Below, in pieces: positions 1 through 11,449 of a stretch of 64,000 nt of DNA. Position 1 is the stretch's first letter. Each line of letters starts with the position of its first letter. Origin of the DNA: Mobula hypostoma (lineage: Eukaryota); assembly GCF_963921235.1 (NCBI RefSeq), contig NC_086108.1, positions 63,242,001 through 63,306,000 of the forward strand. The letters are read 5' to 3'. A program made the translations under genes and the position numbers. The notes under the pieces are model-generated. The model ran no database searches and was not told the DNA's origin. It saw only the letters and a program-made list of their open reading frames with translations.

Positions 1-1111
1 TAATTTAAGCATAAGAAACCAAGATAACATAATAGTATACTAGATTTTATATATATCAATGGAAAAAAAAGAAAAAAAAACCCCCCAAAAAAAACCCACC
101 GTGCAACTAACTAAAAGCAAAGCAAAGCAATGGGCTAACTTGAAACCAAACAGAGTTAAACTTAAAATCACGTCCTCAATCCCGACCTCCATTAAAACAG
201 TGAAAAAAAAACAAGAAGGGTAAATATTACATTAAATGAAAATATCGAATAAAAGGTCCCCAAATCTGTTCAAATTTAAATGAAGAATCATAAAGGTTAC
301 TTCTAATTTTCTCCAGATTCAAACATAAAATCGTCTGAGAAAACCAAAAAAAGGTAGTTGGAGCATTAAGCTCTTTCCAATGTTGTAAAATACATCTTTT
401 CGCCATTAAAGTAAGAAATGCAATCATTCTACGGGCTGAAGGGGAAAGATTACTAGAAATTTTAGGTAGTCCAAAGATAGCAGTAATAGGGTGAGGAGAG
501 ATATCTATATTTAATACCTTAGAAATAATATTGAAAATATCTCTCCAAAAAGTTTCCAAAGTAGGGCAAGACCAAAACATATGAGTTAAAGAGGCTATCT
601 GCCCCGAACATCTATCACAGAAAGGATTAATATGCGAGTAAAAACGCGCTAACTTATCTTTGGACATATGTGCTCTATGAACCACTTTAAATTGAATTAG
701 GGAATGTTTAGCACAAATAGAGGAAGTATTAACTAATTGTAAAATCTGCCCCCAATCATCCACAGAAATGGTAAGCCCCAATTCCTGTTCCCAATCTACC
801 CTAATCTTATCAAATGGAGCTTTCCTAAGTTTCATAATAATATTATAAATCATAGCCGATGCACCTTTCTGACATGGATTAAGGTTAATTATCGAATCTA
901 AAATATATATAGGAGGAAGCATTGGAAAGGAAGAAAGTATAGTGCTTAGGAAATTTCTAACTTGTAAATATCTAAAAAAATGTATTCTTGATAAGTTATA
1001 TTTATTAGATAATTGTTCAAAAGACATAAGGGAACCATCTAAAAATAAATCCAAAAACCGTAAAATACCCTTAGTCTTCCAAGTTTGAAAAGCGCGATCC
1101 GTAAAAGAGGG
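1..1111 (-). mobile_element. 5'-truncated L1-clade LINE (ORF2 C-terminus with Cys-His zinc knuckle plus 3'UTR); runs off the window start
   Basis: ORF 227-1276 has CDRC..SLTHMFWSC and ends QIWGPFIRYFHLM. It closely matches the copy at 37488-40439; similarity stops near 1111. Confidence 0.9.
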
Positions 1112-1516
1112 TGTTATTCTCAACATAGCCTCTTTCCACGCTGTCTTTAAACTCATGTGATTCACTGAAAAATCTATTATACTACTGTATTGTACAACAA
1201 CTTTAAAAAAAATGTTTGGGTATTGATCGCAGTAATGTATAACAGTCTGGAAAACCTGCCAGTCCAACGCCACCAAAGTTCCAAGGGTTGTGGATTATCA
1301 GTGTTTTACTTTACTGAAAAAAAAGAACAGTTTTCCTCAGCTCCAGATGCATTTGCATTATAAAAACCCTAGTGCAGAATTTGCAGCTCTGCTTTGCTCA
1401 TCTTCTAATTAAGAAGCTTTGAATTTAATTTAGTTTTAAGTTAATCAGACAATATATTTTCACATGTAAACTATCTGAATCCTTTTCCTTCATGTTAATC
1501 AACTTTTAAGTTTCAG

Positions 1517-1591
1517 ATTCAGGACCAGAATTAATGATCACGAATCCATATCCATCTTGTAATCTACTTAATGCTACAGCAATGGATGAAG
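1517..1591 (+). CDS. Candidate internal exon of the divergent AP-2-like gene: (D)SGPELMITNPYPSCNLLNATAMDE
   Basis: Acceptor ttttaagtttcag and donor GAAG|gtacag. 75 nt, open, phase 1-1. Its last G plus the AA opening exon 11080 forms an in-frame GAA. No homology support. Confidence 0.45.
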
Positions 1592-1712
1592 GTACAGTTT
1601 ACTTCAATTGAAATTCCTGTATTAACCAAGTTAGAAAATTCCAAATGTACATTTTAAACACAAAATATTTTGCAAATGCTAGAAACTATGTTTCTACGTT
1701 TCTAAACCTTGA

Positions 1713-1806
1713 CAACACACATAAAATGCTGGAGGAACTTAACAAGTCAGGCAGCATCTATGGAGAGACGTAAACAAAGTTTTGGGTGGAGACCCTTCAT
1801 CAGGAT
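1713..1806 (-). mobile_element. Degenerate Penelope-like pLTR fragment
   Basis: caacacacataaaatgctggaggaac...gagacccttcatcagga, the same family motif as the younger copies. Confidence 0.6.
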
Positions 1807-4662
1807 ATTTTTTGTTATAACCCTGAAAAGAAACTAAAATTGCAAACTGTGAAATTGTTACTTCAAATAAAATGTTCTTTAACATATTTCTTTAAATAAG
1901 TTGTTTGCAGAATTTAGTAATGTGTAAATACATTTTTTAATTTTAACTTTGTCCCAGTAATTTTTCCATTGCTGTTTTGTTTTACTCATGCTAATTTGTT
2001 TGAGTTCCTCATTCACTGTGTTTTTCCATTGTTTCTGGGATGATTTTTCTGTATCTTTCTTGAAGACAAATATTTGTTTAACCTCTTCCATTTTATCATT
2101 ACTCAGCACAATTTCTATTGCTTCTGTATAAAGGGTCCACTGAAATGTAAGATAATTTTCCTTCTTGTAGATTTAATGCAACTTTTACAGTCTGTGTTTA
2201 TGTTTATCATTGGTCTGCCTTTGCATTCTATTTTCCCATTGCTTATCAATGCCTGGGTCTGACTTCACTGAATTCTGAAATTTTCCTAACTTGTAGACTT
2301 GGTGGTTTTTATTTTTATCTTTAAAGCTATGGTTGCATCACTTTTCCTATTAGAATTTTTGCCTTAAAGGCATATCATATTGTAAGTGGTGTATTCAGAC
2401 CAAATATAACCATTGTTGCCATACTGAAATTCATTGTTAAGGGCAACTGTTTAAATTAATGTCTCTGTGTGGTCATAGAGCTTCCCGTATATTCCCAGTG
2501 AAAGTAGATCTGATGATCTGTTCTCTTCCTTCCCCATGTTTCTACATCCATGGCCTATTTCTGATTGTTATTTAAATCAGCTGTACAAAGGAATTAAGAA
2601 GGAAAGCATGATTTTCTACTGAAACAAGCCAAAAGATACATGTTAATACCTATCCAGAAATAGGGTCGCTGCGAAATGATAGTGATATAATTAAGTTTTG
2701 AAGCTGAGAAACAAATATACAGAAGTGTAGCTGGTGCAGTTAAGACCTGACCAATCTAGTATAGAGGTGGAATTAAGCACCCGTACTTGACTCTAAGGAC
2801 CATGGATTGTAACATGAGAGGGATGGGTAGCTGCTTTTTGACTGGCATACGTACAGTGGGCTGAATAGTCTGCATGACATACAGTAAATTTTGATCAGTC
2901 CATGAAAATAGGAGCAGTAGTAGGCCACACATCCTCTCAACCCTACTTAATTATTTAGTACGGCATTGAAAATGATTACACTTGTCCTCAGTATTATTCC
3001 TCTGCCCGAGTCCCATAATCATGACAGTGTAGGAGCCACGTATCTACTTTCTGCCCATTGGGGAAATGGATCTCTTTTCTTTGTCTTTGTTGTAGTTTGT
3101 GACGCGTTTATTATGGTAATCTGTCACGTGGGTTGGGGTGTGTTAAAAGCACATGAGTACAGTTGCGTATTCTCATTTTGTTAGTTGTTTAGTGGAGAGT
3201 GAGTAAGTCACAGGAAATGATCATTTTTGTTGACTGTTAATTGGAACATTATGTGACTGCTTAAATATGCTAATTAGTTTGGCTAATTTTGTTATTTTGT
3301 TAACTTGATCGCTAAGTAAAATGCTATTAGAACACATAGTTACGCTATTCAACTGCAAGTTAGATGGTATGAGTTCCTATATTGAAAAGGCACAAAGAAA
3401 AACAAAAACACCCAGTATCAATGGTGATTTATTTGTTCCTCAAGTGTGTGGGAAATGTGAACAAGACTCCTAAGAGATAGTTCAGGGTGCTTCCTATCAT
3501 CCTGCAATAATGATGCACTCTAAATCTATGTCATATCCAAAGGCTCTCAGTGCTCATGGGGACGTTAACTTACAGCTTGGAAACACTTTTGTTTTAGATG
3601 ATAAGAGGTCAAAATAATACTATTGATATGAGGAAGCAAAATAAAATAACAGTCTTATTGGTACAACAGCAACACATTTCATCTTTGCCCAAATGAGAGA
3701 TTTAGATCTTCGATGGTGAGCCATTGCTCTATCATGCATTCATGAGGGTTTTGAAAACAGTGTTGAAGGCAAGACTGAAGTTTATAGTGATTACCTCTAT
3801 TTCCTTGAACAATACACTAGAGGTCACCGTAGAGAACTTGTCAGAAGTTGCCAGCATGGTGACCCTAAGAAAGATATCTTAATAGCTAAGGTTTTACTAC
3901 AGAACATTTCAGTAATGAACAGTAAATTACATCCGCCTACATGCAAGAGGCTTTTTCTTGGGTACCTATCAAATCTGAAGTTATGGAACTTACTCAGGTA
4001 TACAGTCTTTCTCTTAGAGGCAGTTGCAGTGCTGTGGAAAAATTGCAGTACATGCGCGAACTGGACATGCCTACTAATATATCAGTTGTCGTAAAGAAAT
4101 TGCCCTATGTGCTTAGGGATAAATAGAGGACATTAGCCTATAAACTGCAAGAAATGCACAACCATAAGATTACATTCACTGATGTTGAGGCAAGTGAAGA
4201 TTACTCCACATCTGTTGATTGAAAATATACAGAATGCTGCATCACCTGCAATAAACAAAGATAAGAAGTCACAATTTCATTCTGAGGCTGAAGGAAGCAG
4301 CTTTGCTACTACTGTAGCCACAATGGGAAGTAAAGATATAACTGAACCTGGAACTGATGGAAGGGAAATGGTCTCATCAGCCAAAAGGATTTGTCTGTTC
4401 TCTGGGAATAAATATACTTTGGATTTGTGCCCTCTGCTGGAGAAAAGGGCTCATAGTGAGAAGATTGCCTTCCTAAAAGAAAATTGTGTCTGCTTTAGTT
4501 GTTTGCCTACTGGACACTTCAGCAAAGATTGTAGGAAGTGTCTCTTATGCAAGGTATGCAGTGGCAAGCATCCCAGCATATTTCATATTCACTCTAATGA
4601 AAAGGGTTCAGAATCAAAACAAGCCATTAAAGAATCAGACACAGCAGTGATTAGTGCCCTTG

Positions 4663-6267
4663 AATAAGATATAGGAGCAGAATTAGGCCATTTGGCTCAT
4701 CGAGTCTGCTCTGCCATTTCATCACGGCTGATTCTATTTTCCTCGGCCCCAGTCTCCTGCCTTCCCCCCATTTCCCTTCATGCCCTGACCAATCAAAAAT
4801 TTATCAATCTCTGCCTTAAATATACATAAAGGTTTACCCTCCACAGCTGCCTGTGGCAAAGAATTCCACAGATTCACCACTCTCTGGCTAAAGAAATTCC
4901 TCCTCATCTCTGTTCTAAAATGAGACTCCTCTATTCTGAGGCTGTGCCCTCTGGTCTTAGACTCTCCCACCATAGGAAATATCTTCTCCACATCCAGTCT
5001 ATCAAGGCCTTTCACCATTCAATAGGTTTCAATGAGCTAATCCCTCATTCTTCTGAATTCCAGGGAATATAGGCCTGGAGTCACCAAATGCTTTTTATAT
5101 GAGAAGCCATTCAATCCTGGAATTATTTTTGTGAACCTCTTTTGAACCCTTCCCAGTTGCAGCACATCCTTTCTAGGATAAGGGACCTAAACTTGCCAAC
5201 AGTACTCCAAGTGAGGCCTTGCCAGTGCTTTATAAATTCTCAACATTACATCCTTGCTTTTATATTCTAGTCCTCTTGAAATGAATGCGAACATCACATC
5301 TATCTTCCTCACCAGCGTCTCAAACTGCAAATTAACCTTTAGTGAATCAAACCTTGCACGAGGACTCCCAAGTGTCTTTGCAACTCAGTTTTTTGTATTT
5401 TCTCTCCATTTATAAAATAGTCAACTGTTTCATTTCTTCTACCAAGATGCACGACCATACACTTCCTGACACTCTATTCCATCTGCCATTTCTTTGTCCA
5501 TTCTCCTAATCTGTCTTAAGTTCTTCTGTAGCCTCACTATTTCCTCAAAGCTACCTGCCACTCCACCTGTCTTCATATCGTCTGAAAACTTTGCAACAAA
5601 GCCATCAATTCATCATCCTAATCATTGACATATAATGTAAAAAGAATCAGACCCTTTGAAACACCACTAGTCACCGGCAGCCAGTCAGAAAAGGCTCTTT
5701 GTATTCCCACTGTTTGCCTCCTGCCAATCAGCTACTGCTTTATCCATGCTAGAATCTTTCCTGTAATACCATGGGCTCGTAGCTTGCTAAGCAGCCTCAT
5801 GTGTGGCACCTTGTTAAAGGTCTTCTGAAAATCCAGTAAACAACATGAACCGATTCTCCTTTGTCTATTCTGCTTGTTACTTCTTCAAATAATTCCATAA
5901 TATTTGTCAGGCAGAAATTTCCCTTGAGGACATTATGGCCTATTTTATCATGTGCCTCCAAGTACCCTGAGACCTCATCCTTAATAATCAACTCCCAACA
6001 TTTTCCCAACCAGTGAGATCAGACTAACTGGTCTATAGTTTCCTTTCTTCTGCCTCCCTCCCTTCTTGAAGATTGGAGTGACATTTGCAATTTTCCAGTC
6101 TTCCATAACTGTTCCAGAGTCTAGTGATTCTTGAAAGATCATTACTAATACCTCCATGGTCCCTTTAGTTATCTCTTTCAGAACTCTGGGGTGTACAACA
6201 TCTAGTCCAAGTGACTTATGTACCTTCAGACCTTTCAGTTTCCCAAGAACCTTATCTCTAGTTATGG
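4663..6267 (-). mobile_element. CR1 LINE fragment inserted in the BEL element between gag and protease
   Basis: Minus-strand ORFs with KKGNYRPVSL and RRNFFSQRVVNLWNSLP. The BEL frame rejoins across the insert as SAL|VSNGLTEAG. Confidence 0.9.
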
Positions 6268-8308
6268 TATCTAATGGCCTCACAGAAGCTGGTGATCATG
6301 ATTGTAAACTTCCTGTAGTTCCAGTACAAGTGAAGTCTAAGAAGGGTAACAAGACAGTGGTTACTTATACTTTCCTAGATCAAGGAAGCACAGCAGTCTT
6401 CTGCACAAAGAGCCTCATGAACAAACTCAACCTCACAGGAACCAGGACATGCATTCTCTTATGTCGTGAGTGGTTACATTGTTTCAGGATTGGAAGTGGC
6501 TGGCTTAAATGGTGAAAACTGTTGTGAATTGCCTAACATCTGTACACAGGGAAGTGTGCCTGTCCATGGAGGGATCATTCCATATCAAGGGGATCTCCAG
6601 GAATGGTCTCATCTGGAACATGTCTATTTGCCAGAGACTCATTCAGAAATTGAACTGCTGAGAGGGACAAATGTGCCTAAAGTATTAGAGCCATTGCAAG
6701 TGATTCACAATGTTAATGAAGGACCCAATGCAATTAGAACAATGTTGAGTTGAGAATGAATTGACCACTGAAAGGAGAGAATGGTGATGGAAGAGACTGT
6801 GCACAGTCAAAGCTGACAGTTAACGGGATCTCAGTTTTGAACTTTTGGTTTCGGTAGCGGCAGTTCAAGGCAGACTTCCCTGAATACAGTCAGGGTGAAC
6901 AACTTGGTTTATCAAGAGAAGATCACAAGTTCATGGAGCTGGTTATGAATTTTGCAGATTTGATGGATGCCCACTACCAGATTAGTTTATCTTTGAGAAG
7001 GAAAGAGGTTAATATGCCAAATAATAGGAAGGTTCTTGAACTGTGTGCTGTAAACCTAAGAACGAGTTTTAAGAATGATTTGTCATTTCACTCTGACCTC
7101 ACAGCTTTCATGAAGGCTGTCATCTCCAAAGGTTATGCCAAAAAAGTGCCGGCAGGGGATATTGGATGACTGTGATGGGAAAGTCTGGCATATTTTTCAT
7201 TGTGGTGTTTATCACCCCAGAAATGGTAAACTTCGGGTTGACTGTGGAGCAATTGTTCAGGGAATATCACTTAATGCTCAGCTTTTACAGGGACCAGATC
7301 TTACGTGCTTACTGATTTTAGTCATAACCAGATTGAGAAAAAAATCAGTGTTTAATCAGGTTAAAGTACTAGTGGAAGATGCAGATCTGCTGAGGTTTCT
7401 TGGTGGCTTGATAATGACCTCTCAGCCAAGATATGTTGGACTTTAGAATCGTGCTACATCTCTTTGGTACAACTTGAACAAACTCTGCCAACTTCACTTA
7501 GGAAATGCGCAGAAGACAATGAAGAATAGTTCAGCTGTGAGACGGTGGATAAGGTTTTGTATTGCTTCTATGTTGATGACAGCCTTATGTAGTGTCCTCT
7601 GAGCAAGAAGTGGTCTCTCTCATTCATAACCTTGTATCCATTTGTGCTAGAAGTGGCTTTTGACTCACAAATTGGATCAGCAAAAGACATGAAGGATTTG
7701 GTTTTGGATCAAGATTTACCTTCAGTGGGGAGAGTACTGGTTGTTCAATTGTGCATTCAGGCTGATACTTTCAAGTTTAAGATCACGATCCAAGATAGAC
7801 CACTCACGAGAAGGGGGATCCTCTCCACAGCTATTTCCATCTATGATCCTCTAGGAATCTTTAAGTCCAATGGTGTTATCTGCTAAGAATATCCTACAAG
7901 ATCCATATAAAAAAGGATTTGGCTGGGATGACACTGTATCAACATCTGTTGGTCACATGTGGACAAGCTGGCTGGAAGACCCCAAGGTTGTTAGATGGTC
8001 AAAACCCCTGTATTTTGGAGAAGTTACTACTGCACAGTTGCACCACTTCACAGATGCAAGCAAAGATGGCTAAGGAGCAGTGACCTATCGATTGTTGCAC
8101 AACTGGCCCTGTCAGGTGCATGGTGCTTTTATCATGGGAAAATTTAGGGTTGTTCCGTTGAAGTCAGTTTCCATCCCTCATATGGAGCTCATCGCTGCTA
8201 CGATGGCAAGCTATATGGACACATTGTGGAGGAAGAAGTTGCACATGTAGCTTCAGGACTCAGTGTTTTGGACTGATAGTGCTTGTGTGCTGAAGTGTAC
8301 CAAGAATG

Positions 8309-8409
8309 AGTCCTGATGAAGGGTCTTGGCCCAAAACGTTGACTTATTTACTCTTTTCCATAAGTGTTGCTTGGCCTGTTGAGTTCCTCCAGCATTTTGT
8401 GTGTGTTGC
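8309..8409 (+). mobile_element. Short Penelope-like pLTR insertion with a degenerate hammerhead motif
   Basis: agtcCTGATGAagggtcttggcccAAAAcgttgact...gtgtgttgc, interrupting BEL pol. Confidence 0.65.
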
Positions 8410-8507
8410 AAGAGTGAAACTTCCAGGTTCCAACCTTCGTTGCAAAAGTAGTTTTAGAAATTCCTAAGGTCTCATAAACATCTCAATGGACATATGTAAA
8501 CATTTAC

Positions 8508-8613
8508 ATATTACTATTTAACTATTTATGGTTTTATTACTATTTAATTATTTATGGTGCAACTGTAACTAAAACCAATTTCCCCGGGGATCAATGAGGT
8601 ATGACTATGACTA
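8508..8613 (+). mobile_element. 3' tail of a Rex1/Babar-like LINE
   Basis: ggtgcaactgtaactaaaaccaatttccccggggatcaatgaggtatgactatgact; reverse-complement match to 34703-34800. Confidence 0.6.
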
Positions 8614-10786
8614 TTTTAAGCAAACTGGCGGATGTGGCATTGAGAGAGTTGAAGGTGAAAGCACTCCTGAAGAATGAGAAATAAGTGTCAGGCCTCGGTA
8701 TCTTCTTCAGACTAAAAGCAATGGCCTGTGAATCCCAATTGTTGTGTGAACTTCTGCTAGATAATCCAGAGGTCAAGGGGAGAGTTGCAATGAATTCCAT
8801 GCAGATTGAAAAGGAGGTGGACACTTCTCATCTTGGGCCCACTTGAAGAAGACAGTGGCCTAGATTCATCGAGTAAGGAACCTTCTCTTGTTTCTTTGTA
8901 GGAAGAGGAAGCAAGTGAACATTACCCTTGCTCTGTCAGACTTGGATGAAGAACAACAAGAGTATTCTTTGGAGAGAAAGATTGAGAATGCCAAAGTTCA
9001 GATCAGTTGAGGTTGTCTGAGTGGAGGAGCTCAGAAAGGCTAAAATGGAGATCACTGAGTTTTGCCAAGTTTTCAAAGGGGAGAACGTATGAGAAGCAAC
9101 AGCCATATTTCAAGGTCAATTCAGTACTTGAGGATGGTGTCTTGAGAGTTGGTGAATGGCTTAGTAGTGCAGCTGTACCTGAAGAGTCTAAACATCCTGT
9201 TAAACTGGCAAAGGATCTTTTATGTCTCAGACTTCATTCTGAGGCATGTACATCAAGTGGGACATGGTAGCCAAAACCGCATGTCATCCAAAACCACGTC
9301 ATCCAGGTTGCATTAAAAATACTGGATTTCTAGTGTGCTAGTAGAGCCATAAAAAGAATCCTGTCTATGAATGTTGTTTGTCAACAGTTGCATGCAGCTC
9401 CAGGATGCCAGCACGTGGCAGGTCTGCCTCTGGATAGGGTCTCATCAGATAAACCTCCGTTTACATGTGTAGGAGTGGACTACTTTGGACCCTTTGAGGT
9501 GAACATCAGAAAGAGTACAGTGAAGAGGTGTGGGGTCATATTTATATGCATGGCTACACAAACTGTTCACATTGAAGTGGCATCTTCTTTAAACATAGAT
9601 TCCTTTGCTAATGCACTTCAACACTTTATAGCATGAGGAGGACAGGTTCGTGAACTGCACTCTGATAATGCAACAAACTTTGTTGGAGCTGAACGTGAGT
9701 TGCGAGAAGCCATTGAGAAGTGGAATCATTCACGATTCAGTGATTTTTTATCTTCAAAAAGGAATTAAGTGGATTTTTAACTCCCTGGCTGGTTCATACC
9801 TTGGAGAACATGTGAGAGATTGATCAAGTATGTGCAAAAGGTCCTCAATTCCACCACGAACATACAGAATCTTGACAAAGATGGTTTCCATACAGTCCTT
9901 TGTGAAGTAGAGGCTATTATCAATGGTTGTCCAATTACTGATGCATCCTTTGATCCCAATGATTTGGAAGCACTAATTCCCAACCAGCTGTTGCTTCTGA
10001 AGACCTCACCATCCTTACTACCAGGAGGGTTCAAGAGGAAGAGGTTTATGCTCATTGTAGATGGAAGCAGGTCCAGTACTTGCGAAACTTGCTTTGAAAA
10101 TGGTGAGGCAAAGAGTGTTTCCTACAGTTATGGGAATGTAAGAAATGGTCAGATGTGAAACTTAATTTCCTCCTGGGAGACATTGTGCTTACATTTGATG
10201 ACACAGTGCCTCAAAACTCATGGAATGTGGGAAGAGTCATCCAAATCTTTCCAGACGGAAGAGGATTTGTGTGGCAGCTGTGCATCAAGACCAAGACCAG
10301 GTGTCTGGACAGGCCTATAATTCGTTATTTTGCTAACTGGATCTCCAATTGGAATGCTATTAGAACATGTAGTTACACTATTATTGCTATTAGACCACTA
10401 CATAGCTAATTTAGTTTTAAAATCGCTACAAGGTCATTCACCTTTGCTGATTTCATAATAAGGGATCGAATATACCTTTTTTGGTTTGGATATTCATTAT
10501 TTGGAAGCACGTAATACGTTTTCAAGTACCTTAACTTAGTCCCTCAGCGGCTTTGGTTTGTTTTCAAGTAACCACTACAAACAGTATGTTCAAACCATAA
10601 GAAAACTCTCTTGGTTCTTACATCACTCATTACAATAAGGCATTGATAATTTTCTAAAAGAGATGATAAGCATAAAGCTCATTGAATGACTATCCACTCA
10701 TTGTTAATATTTACCCTAAATAGAGGGCCTGAAATACTTCCTCCAAAGTCTCAACTATGAAATGGTGAAGGAGAAACAAAAGCGTA

Positions 10787-10946
10787 GATGAAAGAAATTC
10801 TGCAGATGCTGGAAATTCAGAGTAAGACGTACAAAATGCTGGAGAAACTCATGGGATCCCAATGAAAGGTCTCGAAACATCGGCTATTTATGCCTCTCTA
10901 TAGATGCTGCCTGACCTGCTGAGTTCCTCCAGCAATTTGTGTGTGT
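10787..10946. mobile_element. Old miniature Penelope-like fold-back insertion
   Basis: Inverted pLTR pieces flanked by an imperfect 12-bp TSD aacaaaagcgta/aacaaaaacata. Confidence 0.6.
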
Positions 10947-11079
10947 AACAAAAACATAATATTGGTAAAAATTGACAATGTTGCTATCTTCATTGCACCC
11001 TTTGTATTGTCATGGTACAAGATGCATCAAATTCTTGTAATAATAGTAAATCTATAATAATGCTTTCTTTATGTTTCAG

Positions 11080-11449
11080 AACAAATTGTTGTTGCCCATG
11101 TGCCTGCTTTGCTCCCCTCAGCGGATGATAAAAAGAGGAAAGTTAAATATCCTGTGACTAAGGGAGAAATTAGAAGGCGCATTATTCCCCCTGAAAAAAT
11201 GTCCAAAACAGTCATTAAAAGCTATCTGAGGTTAAGAAGGGATAACCGCTTTGATATCCGCCAACTTCTGGATCTTCCTGTAACTGGTTATGACCGAACC
11301 CTTCATACATCTTTTACTCGACTCTGTGAGGGAGAGGCAAAAACACTGACAGAAAACTTTCATCAGCTGAACCTTGGCTACTTTCCTGTTGATGAATGTG
11401 CCAGCATGATGGCAGAAAAAGCTGCAGCATCAGAAATATATGCAGCAAG
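11080..11449 (+). CDS. Divergent AP-2 (TFAP2)-domain protein, main exon (basic region and first HSH helix)
   Basis: Acceptor ctttctttatgtttcag. Open frame QIVVAHVP...KYPVTKGEIRRRIIPPEKM...TRLCEGEAKTLTENF...YFPVDEC...IYAAR, matching TFAP2 motifs KYKVTVxEVQRRLSPPE, LVEGEAVHLARDF and EFPAK. Donor AG|gcaagt. Confidence 0.85.

Larger units (their letters stand above)
3028..10402 (+). mobile_element. Degenerate BEL/Pao LTR retrotransposon with nested insertions
   Basis: Putative 5' LTR TGTAGGAGCC...CTGCA (3028-3357), whose end recurs at ~10353-10402. Gag Cys-His boxes CFSC..GHFSKDC and CKVC..KHP (4182-4667). Protease TFLDQGS (~6370), RT FYVDD (~7565), RNase H LHHFTDAS (~8040), integrase GVDYFGPF and SDNATNF (9470-9680). 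Many stops and frameshifts. Confidence 0.9.

Noticed and set aside
1112..1276. N-terminal extension of the 349-aa ORF (MVALDWQ...)
   Set aside because: Chance read-through from flanking DNA into a truncated L1; not part of ORF2.
10724..10764. Possible small exon GLKYFLQSLNYEM before the AP-2-like exon
   Set aside because: Weak donor and a phase-0 end that is incompatible with the phase-1 acceptor at 11080.
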